Assembly: GCA_964625555.1 (NCBI GenBank)
Contig: CAZVDM010000001.1
Coordinates: 13,573 to 77,572 of the forward strand
Direction of reading: 5' to 3'
DNA length: 64,000 nt
From: an uncultured Chloracidobacterium sp.
GTDB taxonomy: Bacteria > Acidobacteriota > Blastocatellia > Pyrinomonadales > Pyrinomonadaceae
Every line of letters begins with the position of its first letter. The first letter of the stretch is position 1. The position numbers were made by a program, and so were the translations under genes. This document shows positions 35,308 through 45,489 of the stretch, piece by piece. Under the pieces are notes generated by a model. It was not told the origin of the DNA, made no database searches, and saw only the letters and a program-made list of their open reading frames with translations.

Positions 35308-35334
35308 AGACCCGATCGTAAAACGATCGGGTCT
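35308..35334. terminator. Bidirectional terminator hairpin
   Basis: AGACCCGATCG-taaaa-CGATCGGGTCT lies between two convergent genes. Confidence 0.6.
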
Positions 35335-35363
35335 CTCAGTAAATAGCTCAAGAGCTATAAATA

Positions 35364-35621
35364 CTATTTGGTTGCAGGCTTCGCTGTGGCAGGCGTTGCA
35401 GGCTTGGTGTCTGCAGGCTTCATGGTCGACGAAGTTGCCGGTGCGGTCGTCGCCGGGGTTGCCGGTGCGGTCGTTGCCGGGGTCGCCGGTGCGGTCGTCG
35501 TCGGCGTTGCAGGCTTCACGTTGGTGTTGCCGTTCTTGTTGTTAGCTGCAGTGTCGCCGCCGCAAGCCATTCCGAGAGCGCTGAGGCCCAAAACTGCTGA
35601 TAATACAAATACTTTTGTCAT
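35364..35621 (-). CDS. Small lipoprotein with tandem ATPATTAP repeats
   Basis: Signal peptide with lipobox LGMAC. About three 24-bp tandem DNA repeats encode TTAPATPA. GGAG lies upstream. Confidence 0.6.
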   Translation of the reverse strand: MTKVFVLSAVLGLSALGMACGGDTAANNKNGNTNVKPATPTTTAPATPATTAPATPATTAPATSSTMKPADTKPATPATAKPATK

Positions 35622-35904
35622 TTTAGTAAGACTCCTTTCTTTCTCAAAGATAATTTAATCCTGTTTCCAGGGTTCGGTTGATGAAACACAACCGTTTTGC
35701 CGCGAACTCTTTCTTTTTCTCGGCAAACGAGAGAATAGAAATACGCGAAGCGTTTGTCAACTCAAAATCGACAAAAAATGAGCTTTTTTATGATTATTTT
35801 TTTACGGGAAAGTGTCGAATTTTCCGCAGTTCGCACAATGCCCGTAATCATTGAGCTGCGCGGAAAAACGTTGACGAGGTGTCGCGAAAAAAGTTATTCT
35901 GAGT

Positions 35905-37236
35905 GTGGAAATATTTCCTATTATTTCCGGCCTCACAACCCGCCGTCGCTCGTCTAAGATGAAACTTTCGGAACCGCAAAACACTGGTGTGAAAACTCAA
36001 ACTGCGCATATGGGCAATCCGGTGCTTCTTATTGGCGTATCGCTCGGGGCGATCGTTGCATCATTTGTGCTGGCAAGCTCCTCTTTTGACGTTGAGACGA
36101 AGTTAAAAGCCTTTTCCGCGATCATTGTCGTCTTCTTAACATATTGCGGAATAGCTCTTATCGGGCATGATGAACATTCTCGTTGGTACGGACGGTCATC
36201 GAATACGTTGATCCCAGATGAGGACATTGAAGGCAAACTCCTTTCTATCGAAGAAGCTGCGTCATATTTCGCCGGTTCCTTGAAGTCTTCTGATATGTTT
36301 CGGTTAATGACAAGCCGCGTTCGCGACTTGGTTCCGTTCGACGTCTGCTCGCTTTTCATGATCGACGGGGACGAGGTTCGATCGGTACGGACCGATGGCC
36401 AAGACTCAGAAGATCTACATTTACTCGACGCAAAACTTGATCGTGGTACCGTTGCATCCTGTATCGCCAGCGGCACCGTTGAGATCGTTAGAAAGGAGAT
36501 AATGGCGAACAACTCGGTATCAGTCGGAGTGACCGATCCTTTTCGCTCCGCGGCCGCATTACCGTTGAAGCGAAACGGTGAGGTATTTGCGGTGCTTGCA
36601 TTGTACTCTCGTTCAAACGATGCGTTTGGTACTGGCTCTCCAGAAATACTCGATGCGGTCTGCGAACGTGTATCGCCGATGGTCTTAGGGTCGCTTTCGT
36701 TTGAGCGAAATCTTAACAGTGCGTTGACCGATCCCGTTACCGACCTGCCAAATGAGCGGGCGTTTTTTATGATCGTCGAAAATCAGCTCGCGGAATCACA
36801 TCGGAATCGTGAGTGCCGCCCACTCTCGCTGTTGGCAGTGGATATCAAAGATTTTGCGGATCTCAATCAACGGTTCGGACACGCTGCAGGCGACCGGATC
36901 TTGAATCTTGTCGCCCAGAAGATTAAGGACCAGCTTCGGCAAATGGACTTTTTTGCACGCTCATCGAATGATGAGTTTCTTGTGATCTTGCCAACGGCTT
37001 CAGAGGTCGTTGCGGCCGAGATCGTCGCGCGGATTCATACTGAGTTCGCGAACTGCAAATATTCCGTCAATGAAACTCAGCGAGTTCAGATCGATCTGAA
37101 TTTCGGAGCGGCGACCTTCTGGAAAGATGGCGAGACAGCGCAAATGCTCTTAAACGCCGCCCGTGAACGGAAAGAACAATCGAAATCCGTTATTCCGAGT
37201 AAGGTCGTCTGGTTTCCAAAGGAATACGTTAATTAA
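35905..37236 (+). CDS. Membrane-anchored GAF plus degenerate GGDEF domain protein
   Basis: Two TM helices, a GAF-like middle region and a GGDEF fold. RQMDFFARSSNDEF aligns with RxxD-x4-GGDEF, so the I-site is kept and GG is changed to SN. The start may instead be the ATG at 35959. Confidence 0.75.
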   Translation: MEIFPIISGLTTRRRSSKMKLSEPQNTGVKTQTAHMGNPVLLIGVSLGAIVASFVLASSSFDVETKLKAFSAIIVVFLTYCGIALIGHDEHSRWYGRSSNTLIPDEDIEGKLLSIEEAASYFAGSLKSSDMFRLMTSRVRDLVPFDVCSLFMIDGDEVRSVRTDGQDSEDLHLLDAKLDRGTVASCIASGTVEIVRKEIMANNSVSVGVTDPFRSAAALPLKRNGEVFAVLALYSRSNDAFGTGSPEILDAVCERVSPMVLGSLSFERNLNSALTDPVTDLPNERAFFMIVENQLAESHRNRECRPLSLLAVDIKDFADLNQRFGHAAGDRILNLVAQKIKDQLRQMDFFARSSNDEFLVILPTASEVVAAEIVARIHTEFANCKYSVNETQRVQIDLNFGAATFWKDGETAQMLLNAARERKEQSKSVIPSKVVWFPKEYVN

Positions 37237-37313
37237 GAAACTTGAAAATCGTGTCTTGTAATGAAGATCAGTTAATTGGCTGGTCTTTTCGATTTTGTGA
37301 TAAATTCGCTCAT

Positions 37314-38717
37314 ATGGCAAGCATCACCTTTTACGGCGGCGTGGGTTCCGTCACCGGTTCTAAGTATCTTCTCGAACATAACGGTAAGAAAATACTCGTC
37401 GATTGCGGCTTATTTCAGGGCCTGAAAGAACTCCGGGAACGAAATTGGCAGGATCCTCCGTTTAGTGCTGAAGAGATCGACGCAGTGATCATTACACATG
37501 CACATATCGATCATACCGGCTGGCTTCCGCGGCTGGTTAAATTGGGGTTTATGGGTAAGGTGATAACATCTCGTGCCACCGGTGATCTGCTTAAGATATT
37601 GCTGCCGGATTCGGCCCGGCTACAGGAAGAAGAAGCCGATTATCGCAACAGACATCAATTGACCAGTCATACACCGGCATTGCCTCTGTATGACGAAGAT
37701 GACGCCCGCAGCGCACTGGATCGTCTTGCTCCGGTTCCGAACGACGGGAATCCGGTCTCGATCTGCGATGGCATCAAAGCAAGCTTCATGGTGGCGGGGC
37801 ATATCATGGGGGCGAGTCTGGTGCTGGTCGAGCTCGAAAACGCCCGTGCGGACGGCTCGTCTATAAGGTTCCTATTTTCGGGCGACCTCGGGCATTATGA
37901 CCAGCCGATCGTCAATGATCCAGCACCGCCGCCCGATTGTGACTATCTGATGTGTGAATCTACCTATGGCAATCGGCTACACGGCGATGTCGATTCGCCA
38001 ACGCAGATGGCGCGCATCATCAATGACGCCGCCCGACGCAACAGCCCGATGTTGATACCGGCGTTTGCGGTGGGACGAACCCAGGAAATTTTGTATATGA
38101 TCCGCGAGCTCGAAGAAGCAAAGCGGATACCGGTCTTGCCCGTAATAGTCGATTCGCCGATGGCGGCGCAGGCGACGCAGGTCTACAACCGTTGGCATGA
38201 GGAACATGACCGTGAATACGCCTCGATACTCGCTCACAAGAGGCATCCCTTGAGAACAGGTTCGATGTCGACGACTTCATCACGGGATGAATCCAAAAAG
38301 CTCAACGATATGAAAGGGGCGAGGATCATTATCTCGGCATCCGGCATGCTCAGCGGCGGCCGTGTACTTCATCACGCCATTCGAATGCTGCCGAATGAGA
38401 ATGCGACTCTCGTATTTGTCGGCTATCAGGCAGCCGGGACGACCGGACGGCGCATCCAAGACGGTGAACGCGAGGTCAAGATAATGAAGCGCTGGATACC
38501 TGTAAACTGCCACATCGAAAAGGTCGAAGGTTTTTCGGCTCATGCCGATTGGAAGGCGGTCATTCAATGGCTTAGCGGCCTGCGGAGCACGCCAAAGTTG
38601 GTATTCACGACACACGGCGAACCTGATGCCGCAGAGGCAATGGCCGGTCACATTCGCGATAGTTTCGGCTGGAATGTCATTGTTCCTGAATATGAACAGA
38701 CGGTTGAATTGGAGTAA
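37314..38717 (+). CDS. MBL-fold beta-CASP family (RNA-metabolising) hydrolase
   Basis: Contains the HAHIDHTG motif and the N-terminal GGVGSVTGSKYLLE. It has beta-CASP and C-terminal His motifs. The start is set at MASITFYGG. Confidence 0.85.
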   Translation: MASITFYGGVGSVTGSKYLLEHNGKKILVDCGLFQGLKELRERNWQDPPFSAEEIDAVIITHAHIDHTGWLPRLVKLGFMGKVITSRATGDLLKILLPDSARLQEEEADYRNRHQLTSHTPALPLYDEDDARSALDRLAPVPNDGNPVSICDGIKASFMVAGHIMGASLVLVELENARADGSSIRFLFSGDLGHYDQPIVNDPAPPPDCDYLMCESTYGNRLHGDVDSPTQMARIINDAARRNSPMLIPAFAVGRTQEILYMIRELEEAKRIPVLPVIVDSPMAAQATQVYNRWHEEHDREYASILAHKRHPLRTGSMSTTSSRDESKKLNDMKGARIIISASGMLSGGRVLHHAIRMLPNENATLVFVGYQAAGTTGRRIQDGEREVKIMKRWIPVNCHIEKVEGFSAHADWKAVIQWLSGLRSTPKLVFTTHGEPDAAEAMAGHIRDSFGWNVIVPEYEQTVELE

Positions 38718-38721
38718 AAGC

Positions 38722-39204
38722 ATGTCAAAATTCGTTTCTCTCGTGGCACTTGTCGTTTGCGTTTTCGGATCGGGGGTTGGTCAGAAGAAGATCACAACAA
38801 TCGCCGACCTTGGTAGAATGGCGGGATGCTGGGAACGCCGAGAACCAAAGAACGAATTGCTGGTAACCGAACAATGGATGTCGCCGGCCGGCACCTCGAT
38901 CCTTGGCATGGGAAGAACGGTGAAGAAGGAAAAGACCGTTGATTATGAGTTCATGCGGATCGAGCAGCGTGAGGATGGTTTATATTTTGTCGCCCAGCCC
39001 AAGGCCAACACAACGGAAACAGCTTTCAAGCTTATTAGGTCGTCAAACAACGAAATTGTATTCGAAAACAAGGACCACGATTTCCCTCAGCGGGTCATTT
39101 ACAAATTGTCGGGAAGGGCGTTGACCGGCCGGATCGAGGGCATTTCGAACAGTAGATCTATCGCTATCGACTTTCCGATGAACCGCGTAGAATGCACGCA
39201 ATAG
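38722..39204 (+). CDS. Secreted hypothetical protein coupled to the beta-CASP gene
   Basis: The ATG lies 4 nt after the upstream stop, and GGAG overlaps that stop. It has a signal peptide MSKFVSLVALVVCVFG. No family was confidently recognised. Confidence 0.55.
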   Translation: MSKFVSLVALVVCVFGSGVGQKKITTIADLGRMAGCWERREPKNELLVTEQWMSPAGTSILGMGRTVKKEKTVDYEFMRIEQREDGLYFVAQPKANTTETAFKLIRSSNNEIVFENKDHDFPQRVIYKLSGRALTGRIEGISNSRSIAIDFPMNRVECTQ

Positions 39205-39437
39205 CCCCCACTGTATTGACTGCAAAGGCCTCTTCTTAGGGCATCCACTGTCGAAAAAGCTTGACAGACGACAATTGAATGTGAAAAGATTCGGAGTGGT
39301 GTCGTGTGCCTGGTCCCTAACACTTTTCGGCCGAACCCTTTTTTATACGGTCGAACAAAAGCCCCTAACGCTGTTCGGTCAGATCAGACAATTGCTCCCT
39401 TACTAGCACGTAGCAGCCCAATAGTCCACACTATTTT

Positions 39438-40406
39438 ATGTCAAAGCGAAAAAAGACGCCGCCTGTCGATCAGGACGCGGTGGAACAGAGAATTGAAGAA
39501 CGAACAACACTAAAAGTTACGACAGTCGTGCAGTTCAAAGAACATGTTGACGAAGCCTGGAAAGAGATGTTGGAGGTGACCACTGTCTCAAAGAACGGCG
39601 CCGGATTAACGGTCTCCCGTGAATGTCCTGTTGGCAGGATCGTTTCACTTGTGATGCAGATGCCGCCGGAACTTCGGTTGTATGATCACGATGCTGATTT
39701 CTATCCAATGCTGGGTGTCGTTCAAAATTGTTATAAGACGACGGTTAATGATAAGACCGTCTATCATGTCGGGGTGGCATTTATCGGTAAGAAGATGCCG
39801 GAAAGCTACAAGATCAACCCGCGTCAGTCATACCGGATCTCCGGAATGACCGATGAAGGGCTTTGGGAGGCGGTAGAGGCAACCACTCAATTCAAGCCGA
39901 GAAAGGAATCCCGCTTATGGCGTCGATTCGAGGTGTCGTTGTCAATAAGAGATCAGGAAAAGAGGACCAGCAAGAAAGAGACCCTAATGTCCCGTGATGT
40001 CAGCCGCAGCGGCATGTCCATCTGGGGGAAGATCGATGCAAACGTCGGCGACAGAATTAAGATCTCGAGCAAAGTCCATGACTTCTATTCAATTGCGGTT
40101 ATCCGCAATCTCACATTAAACGAAAAGAACGAGTCTCAATCGACCATTAGTCTTGAGTTTGTCGGTGCCGAATTTCCGATGGAGAAGATCCTCTTACCAT
40201 TCATAGAGACGGATGGAAACGTCGAAGGCTCTGCTGGGAATGACGGCAACGTCGAAAGTCCTGTCGAGGACGAAGTGAACGCCGACGGCTATGAACCGGT
40301 GCAAGAGAGTACGGACTGGAATGCCGTTGAAGATCCCGACACTGCTGATGAATCCGAGTCTGACGAATCTAGTGATACAAAAGCGGGAGAGATCGTTCGA
40401 TTCTAA
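39438..40406 (+). CDS. Tandem PilZ-domain protein with an acidic C-terminal tail
   Basis: Domain 1 has RIEER ... TVSKNG. Domain 2 has RLWRR ... DVSRSG, which matches the canonical RxxxR / DxSxxG. Confidence 0.6.
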   Translation: MSKRKKTPPVDQDAVEQRIEERTTLKVTTVVQFKEHVDEAWKEMLEVTTVSKNGAGLTVSRECPVGRIVSLVMQMPPELRLYDHDADFYPMLGVVQNCYKTTVNDKTVYHVGVAFIGKKMPESYKINPRQSYRISGMTDEGLWEAVEATTQFKPRKESRLWRRFEVSLSIRDQEKRTSKKETLMSRDVSRSGMSIWGKIDANVGDRIKISSKVHDFYSIAVIRNLTLNEKNESQSTISLEFVGAEFPMEKILLPFIETDGNVEGSAGNDGNVESPVEDEVNADGYEPVQESTDWNAVEDPDTADESESDESSDTKAGEIVRF

Positions 40407-40425
40407 CGGACGAGTTTTGGCATAA

Positions 40426-41691
40426 CTACTCGTAACGGAGACACTCTATCGGATCGAGCCGGGATGCCTTTCGCGCCGGCAAAACCCCAAAAATAAGGCC
40501 GACGCCTATTGACGTGCCAAGTCCGGCAAGCACGGCCCACACCGGGACTTGAGCAGGTATACTTGGTATCAGCAGCATAATAAGATTGCTGATGCCGACC
40601 GCGACTATCACGCCGATGATGCCTCCAAAAAAGGTGAGCGTCATAGCTTCGAGCAGGAACTGCAGTACGATTGCCCCTTTTGTTGCTCCGATCGCCTTTC
40701 GTATACCGATCTCTTTGGTTCGTTCGGTGACCGAGACGAGCATAATATTCATTACCCCGATACCGCCAACGAGCAGACCCAAACACGAGATCGCGATCGC
40801 GGCGATGCCAACACCTCCGATGATGCCGTCAAATTGGGCGATGAAGTTGTCGGCAGTCTTGATATCAAAATTGTTCGGTTCGCCGAATTTCACCTCTCGA
40901 CGCTGACGCAAAATGCCTTCGACCTCGGCGACGGCGTCACTGATCTGGCCCGTTTTTGCCTGAATGATGATCAGCTCTTCTTCGCGGTCCGGAGCTGCTT
41001 TTCTTGCAGTTCGATACGGCAGGAACACCTTGCGATCTTCTTCGTTCTCGCCAAAGAATCCGGCCTTGCGTTTTTCTATCACCCCGACGATCTCCCAAGT
41101 GGTGCCATTCATGCGAACGAGTTTGCCGACGGCATCTTCCTCTTCACCTGGAAACAAAGCCTCTATCGTGTTGACGCCGACGACCAGAACGTTTCGCCTT
41201 TGGTAATTATCCGACTCCGTAATAAAACGGCCCGAGCGGAGCACAATATTGGTCATCTCCATGTAATTGGGCATGACACCGTCGGTCAATGCCCAACGGT
41301 AGTTTTTGCCTTCGTATACAAGGTTGTCGTCAAATCCGCCATTGAACGATCCGATATTCGGGGCAACTGTTGTCAGGTCGCTGATCGCTGTCGATTGGGC
41401 CAATATTGCCGTCGCGTCATCGTCAGTGAGCGGCTTGCGATTGCGTTCGTCGCGGCTGCGGGGGCCAAATCCCGTCGAAAGATGATATGCGTAAATGTTG
41501 CTCGTGCCATATTCTTCAACTATCGCGACGATAGAATTTCGCATTCCCGTCAGTATCGAAGCAACAACAATTGCGGTGATAACGCCGACTACAATACCAA
41601 GGATCGTCAAAAACGACCGAAACTTGTGCGAATAGATAGAGTCCATCGCCATTTTGAGTACTTCGCGCGGTAATGATGTTGACAGTGCCAT
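40426..41691 (-). CDS. MacB/LolCE-type ABC transporter permease (MacB_PCD + FtsX)
   Basis: 421 aa with TM1, a large periplasmic domain and three C-terminal TM helices. Contains [16 protein letters not shown]. Confidence 0.85.
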   Translation of the reverse strand: MALSTSLPREVLKMAMDSIYSHKFRSFLTILGIVVGVITAIVVASILTGMRNSIVAIVEEYGTSNIYAYHLSTGFGPRSRDERNRKPLTDDDATAILAQSTAISDLTTVAPNIGSFNGGFDDNLVYEGKNYRWALTDGVMPNYMEMTNIVLRSGRFITESDNYQRRNVLVVGVNTIEALFPGEEEDAVGKLVRMNGTTWEIVGVIEKRKAGFFGENEEDRKVFLPYRTARKAAPDREEELIIIQAKTGQISDAVAEVEGILRQRREVKFGEPNNFDIKTADNFIAQFDGIIGGVGIAAIAISCLGLLVGGIGVMNIMLVSVTERTKEIGIRKAIGATKGAIVLQFLLEAMTLTFFGGIIGVIVAVGISNLIMLLIPSIPAQVPVWAVLAGLGTSIGVGLIFGVLPARKASRLDPIECLRYE

Positions 41692-41698
41692 ATCGTTA

Positions 41699-42946
41699 TT
41701 AACTCTGGGTCAAGGCGACGATCGGATCGAGGCTTGATGCCTTCCACGCGGGGTAAAGGCCGGCAATTACACCAATACCGCTCGATACCGTAACAGACAA
41801 AATTACGTAGCCAATCGTTATGGTCATCGTCATTCCGGCCAGGATGGTGATCAACTGCACAACACCTGCAGCCAGGATCAAACCTATCACTCCGCCGATC
41901 ACGCAAAGCAACGACGATTCGATCAGAAATTGTAAGAGTATCTGCTTTCGCGTGGCACCGATCGCCTTTCTGAGGCCGACTTCGAACGTTCGCTCGGTCA
42001 CCGATACGAGCATAATGTTCATCACCACGATTCCGCCGACGATCAGAATGATCATCGTGATAGGGACGACCACGGCCGCAATGGCACCCGTGAACTGGTC
42101 CATCTGAGAGCCAAATTCTTCAGTATTTACGACGCTAAATGTTTCTTCCTGACTACCGATAAGCTGGCGATGATTGCGAAGCAATAGTTTCGCCTCGTCG
42201 ATCGCAAGCTGAAACATCTCCTTGCTTTCCGCCTTGCCGTGGATCTGTATTCCGCCAGTGCGTGAAAACATTTTATTGTGAAGCGTTATCGGTATATAGA
42301 TCATCCGATCCATCGACTGCCCGAGAAATGAGCCGCGTTTACCTTCGACACCGATCACCTCAAGCGGTATACCGCGAACTTTCAAGATCTTTCCGACAGG
42401 CGAACCTGACGTCTCGAAAAACTTCTCTTTCACATCTGTACCGATGACGCAGACATTTGCCGCACGTGTAACCTCTTCTGCAGTGAAAAAGCGGCCGTCT
42501 TCGAGTGACTTATCGGTCATCTCGTACATATTGTCGGTCGAGCCAAAGATCTGCAGGGACGGCATTTCGATGCCTTCCATGTTAACGTCCGTGTTCGCTC
42601 CGATCTCGGCACCAACATATAGGCAGTTCTTGCAGTTTGCTCTGAGATAGAGATATTCGGACCAAATGACGTCTTTGTTGTTGCGGTTCTTCCGCTCGAA
42701 TTCCTCATCTGACATACGTCCGGTCGATGCCATTCGCGTTATCATGAAGTGGTTTGTGCCGAGCACTTTTCCGACTTTATCAACGACGTAGGTCTTCAGA
42801 CCGCTGATCGATGCTCCGACGACCACTACGGCTGCGACGCCTATGATTATTCCGATAAGCGTTAAGAATGCACGCAGTTTGTGCTCGAGGATCGATTTAA
42901 CGGCGATCCAGAAGGCATCAAAATAAAATGAGTAAACTTCGCGCAT
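41699..42946 (-). CDS. MacB/LolCE-type ABC transporter permease (MacB_PCD + FtsX)
   Basis: 415 aa with the same layout as its neighbour. Contains VTERTFEVGLRKAIGA. Confidence 0.85.
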   Translation of the reverse strand: MREVYSFYFDAFWIAVKSILEHKLRAFLTLIGIIIGVAAVVVVGASISGLKTYVVDKVGKVLGTNHFMITRMASTGRMSDEEFERKNRNNKDVIWSEYLYLRANCKNCLYVGAEIGANTDVNMEGIEMPSLQIFGSTDNMYEMTDKSLEDGRFFTAEEVTRAANVCVIGTDVKEKFFETSGSPVGKILKVRGIPLEVIGVEGKRGSFLGQSMDRMIYIPITLHNKMFSRTGGIQIHGKAESKEMFQLAIDEAKLLLRNHRQLIGSQEETFSVVNTEEFGSQMDQFTGAIAAVVVPITMIILIVGGIVVMNIMLVSVTERTFEVGLRKAIGATRKQILLQFLIESSLLCVIGGVIGLILAAGVVQLITILAGMTMTITIGYVILSVTVSSGIGVIAGLYPAWKASSLDPIVALTQS

Positions 42947-43462
42947 AAATTATGTGCATTGAGTTCCAACTCGAGTTGGCCGTTTCGATCAATTTTGCCG
43001 CGGTTGGACAGCACTCAAAACTTTGGTCAATGTTGCAAACGTATTCGAGCCGCGTTTTGTTCAGCAAAATCTCACCATCTGCTTATTTTGTCCCAAATGG
43101 GACGGTCCCGGGACAACCATGTTGACGTATAAACTGTTGATAATATTGTATGTTACGTCGTTTATCTAAAGTGTCCCATTTTTCGCACCTCAGCGCGCGC
43201 GCGCCTTTTTATCTGTGTTGCCCGGGAGTAGACGTGCAACTTTTTAACGAGACGTTGCTTTCCTTCCTTGTATCAATCCCGACCATTGGCTTACTACCAC
43301 AGTAAATTTCGCATTTCCGTCAGAGATGTACTTAACTCATCGTTGCAAGCTTAGCACAATATTGCATAAATGTCTATCCTTTTGCGTTTGCCAGACTGTT
43401 GGTATCGCGTGATATACTTTCCCATTGTTTAATTCAGCTTACGGAAAATAAGGAGCGCAAAA

Positions 43463-44329
43463 TTGAGCGTTTTAGTAGATAAAAATACACGTCTGATCGT
43501 ACAGGGAATCACGGGCAAAGAAGGCACGTTTCACATGCTGCAGATGCGCGATTACGGGACGTACGTAGTCGGCGGCGTCACGCCCGGCAAAGGCGGTACG
43601 ACGCACGAAGGCGTTGCGGTATTTAACACCGTCGCCGATGCTGTGAAGGAAACCGGTGCGAACGCTTCGGTGATCTATGTCCCGCCCGCATTTGCTGCGG
43701 ACGCGATCATGGAAGCGGCTGACGCGGGAATCGCGCTTGTTGTATGCATTACCGAAGGCATACCGGTCGCCGATATGGTCAAGGCGAACGAGTATCTATC
43801 GACTCGCTTGACGCGAATGATCGGACCCAATTGCCCTGGCATCATTTCGCCCGGCAAATGTAAGATCGGAATTATGCCCGGCCATATCCACAAGGAGGGC
43901 AGAATCGGTGTCGTTTCGCGTTCGGGAACGCTGACGTACGAGGCGGTCGGCCAGTTGACAGCATTAGGCCTTGGCCAATCGACCGCCATCGGTATCGGCG
44001 GAGATCCGATCATCGGCACAAATCATACCGACGCGCTCAGAATGTTTCAGGAAGATGACGAAACCGATGCGATCGTAATGATCGGCGAGATCGGCGGCAC
44101 TGCCGAGGAAGACGCCGCTGCATATGCCAAAGACCACGTCACCAAACCGATCGTCGCCTTCATCGCCGGCCAGACCGCACCTCCGGGACGGCGAATGGGC
44201 CACGCCGGTGCGATCATTTCGGGCGGCAAGGGAACTGCGGCCGAAAAGAGGAAAGCCCTGACCGAGGCCGGGATCAAGGTCGTACAATCTCCCGCTGATA
44301 TCGGGCAGGCAGTGAAAGACTTACTTTGA
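43463..44329 (+). CDS. sucD: Succinate--CoA ligase subunit alpha
   Basis: TTG start preceded by AAGGAG. Contains SRSGTLTYE and the phospho-His loop [14 protein letters not shown]. Confidence 0.9.
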   Translation: MSVLVDKNTRLIVQGITGKEGTFHMLQMRDYGTYVVGGVTPGKGGTTHEGVAVFNTVADAVKETGANASVIYVPPAFAADAIMEAADAGIALVVCITEGIPVADMVKANEYLSTRLTRMIGPNCPGIISPGKCKIGIMPGHIHKEGRIGVVSRSGTLTYEAVGQLTALGLGQSTAIGIGGDPIIGTNHTDALRMFQEDDETDAIVMIGEIGGTAEEDAAAYAKDHVTKPIVAFIAGQTAPPGRRMGHAGAIISGGKGTAAEKRKALTEAGIKVVQSPADIGQAVKDLL

Positions 44330-44348
44330 TTGACTGATCCAGACGATC

Positions 44349-45068
44349 ATGAACCGTTTCGGAATATCAAATATGCGTTTACTTTCGGCGATTTTACTAC
44401 TATTGTCGATTTGCGAACTAGGTCTGAGCCAAAAAACTCAAAAGGTCGAAGGCTGGGAATCGAAGCCGATTGAATCATGGGATGCTAGAGACGTTGATTC
44501 TATCTTGAAAAACTCTGCATGGAGTCGAATCGTAGAGGGCCATAAATCTACCGATAGCTTTCTCGGAACTATGGCAGCACCCACGTCGATCTCTTACACT
44601 TTGAGATCGGCATTGAATGTTCGGTATGCGATCATCCGTAAACGTCAGATCGAATCTGGCTTTGATACAATGAGTGACGCGAAGAAGGCGGAGTTCACTG
44701 AGAAAAATCGTGCACTTTTGGATTGCCCCGCGTGTGAAAAATATTACGTGATCGTAATTACTTGCGACTGCGACTTGCTCCGGAATGCGGGTTTGGTAAA
44801 AGGCCGCGAAAAGAATATTTTTTTATCGAACGATCGAGGTGAAAGAAGGCAACTTGCCAATTTTACGACGAATTCTAAATTGGGAGTAGAGGCGACATTC
44901 TATTTTCCTCGTTTTGACAGTAAAGGCAGCCCGCTGATCGTTCCAGGGGACAAAAGATTTACATTCAATTTTGAAAACAGATCTGAGGATGATGCTGCCA
45001 TCAAAATTCTTGAACGCCTTGAGTTTGATGTTGCGGCGATATCTCGTGAGGGACAGGTAATCTTTTGA
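44349..45068 (+). CDS. Secreted hypothetical protein
   Basis: 239 aa with a signal peptide (MRLLSAILLLLSICELGLSQ). No family was recognised. Confidence 0.5.
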   Translation: MNRFGISNMRLLSAILLLLSICELGLSQKTQKVEGWESKPIESWDARDVDSILKNSAWSRIVEGHKSTDSFLGTMAAPTSISYTLRSALNVRYAIIRKRQIESGFDTMSDAKKAEFTEKNRALLDCPACEKYYVIVITCDCDLLRNAGLVKGREKNIFLSNDRGERRQLANFTTNSKLGVEATFYFPRFDSKGSPLIVPGDKRFTFNFENRSEDDAAIKILERLEFDVAAISREGQVIF

Positions 45069-45086
45069 AAAGGCGGCCGCGAGAAT

Positions 45087-45224
45087 ATGACAGACGAATA
45101 TCACACGCTCATGCATCGTTGGTTTGCCGAAGTTTGGAACCAAAAGCGAACGGACACTATCGTCGAAATGATGTCGGAAGAAACGCTTCATCACGGTCTG
45201 ACCGGGCCGGGCGGTTCCGGCTAA
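45087..45224 (+). pseudogene. Truncated paralogue (45 codons) of the SnoaL-like ester cyclase gene
   Basis: MTDEYHTLMHRWFAEVWNQKRTDTIVEMM... compares with MMNNEYPTFLHRWFEEVWNNKSEDAIDEML... at 45486. It stops after GLTGPGGSG. Confidence 0.5.
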
Positions 45225-45249
45225 CGATTCCGGTCAATTACTATTCACG

Positions 45250-45489
45250 ATGAAGAGTTGGTACTGGATACTTGTTGTGCTAGCGGGCAGTTTGCCGATC
45301 GGAAGTGCGCTGCAATACTACTTTGCCGGCGAGGCTGAACGAAACACGCCGACCCGAAATTGGCTCGTCGTAGGACAGGCAGTATTGGGGCTGCTCATAA
45401 TGGGATTCGGGCTTTATATGCAGAACAAGGCCTCGAGGCGAATACCGCCGGATGACCACGAGAAGCTTAAGATCACTGAGGATGAATGA
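45250..45489 (+). CDS. Small two-TM membrane protein
   Basis: 79 aa. Its stop overlaps the next ATG (ATGA). Confidence 0.5.
   Translation: MKSWYWILVVLAGSLPIGSALQYYFAGEAERNTPTRNWLVVGQAVLGLLIMGFGLYMQNKASRRIPPDDHEKLKITEDE

Noticed and set aside
37242-37313. Upstream extension of the beta-CASP ORF (MKIVSCNEDQLIGW...)
   Set aside because: The family N-terminus begins at MASITFYGGVGSVTGS. The extension has no support and starts 5 nt after the previous stop.
40549-41673. 374-aa plus-strand ORF
   Set aside because: It is antisense to a well-supported MacB/FtsX permease gene. It has no motifs and its composition is not protein-like.
43141-43296. 51-aa ORF (MLRRLSKVSHFSHLSARAPFYLCC...) in the sucD leader, downstream of a TTGACG-16-TATTGT promoter-like site
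   Set aside because: It has no RBS and implausible composition. It runs through the (GC)6 tract.
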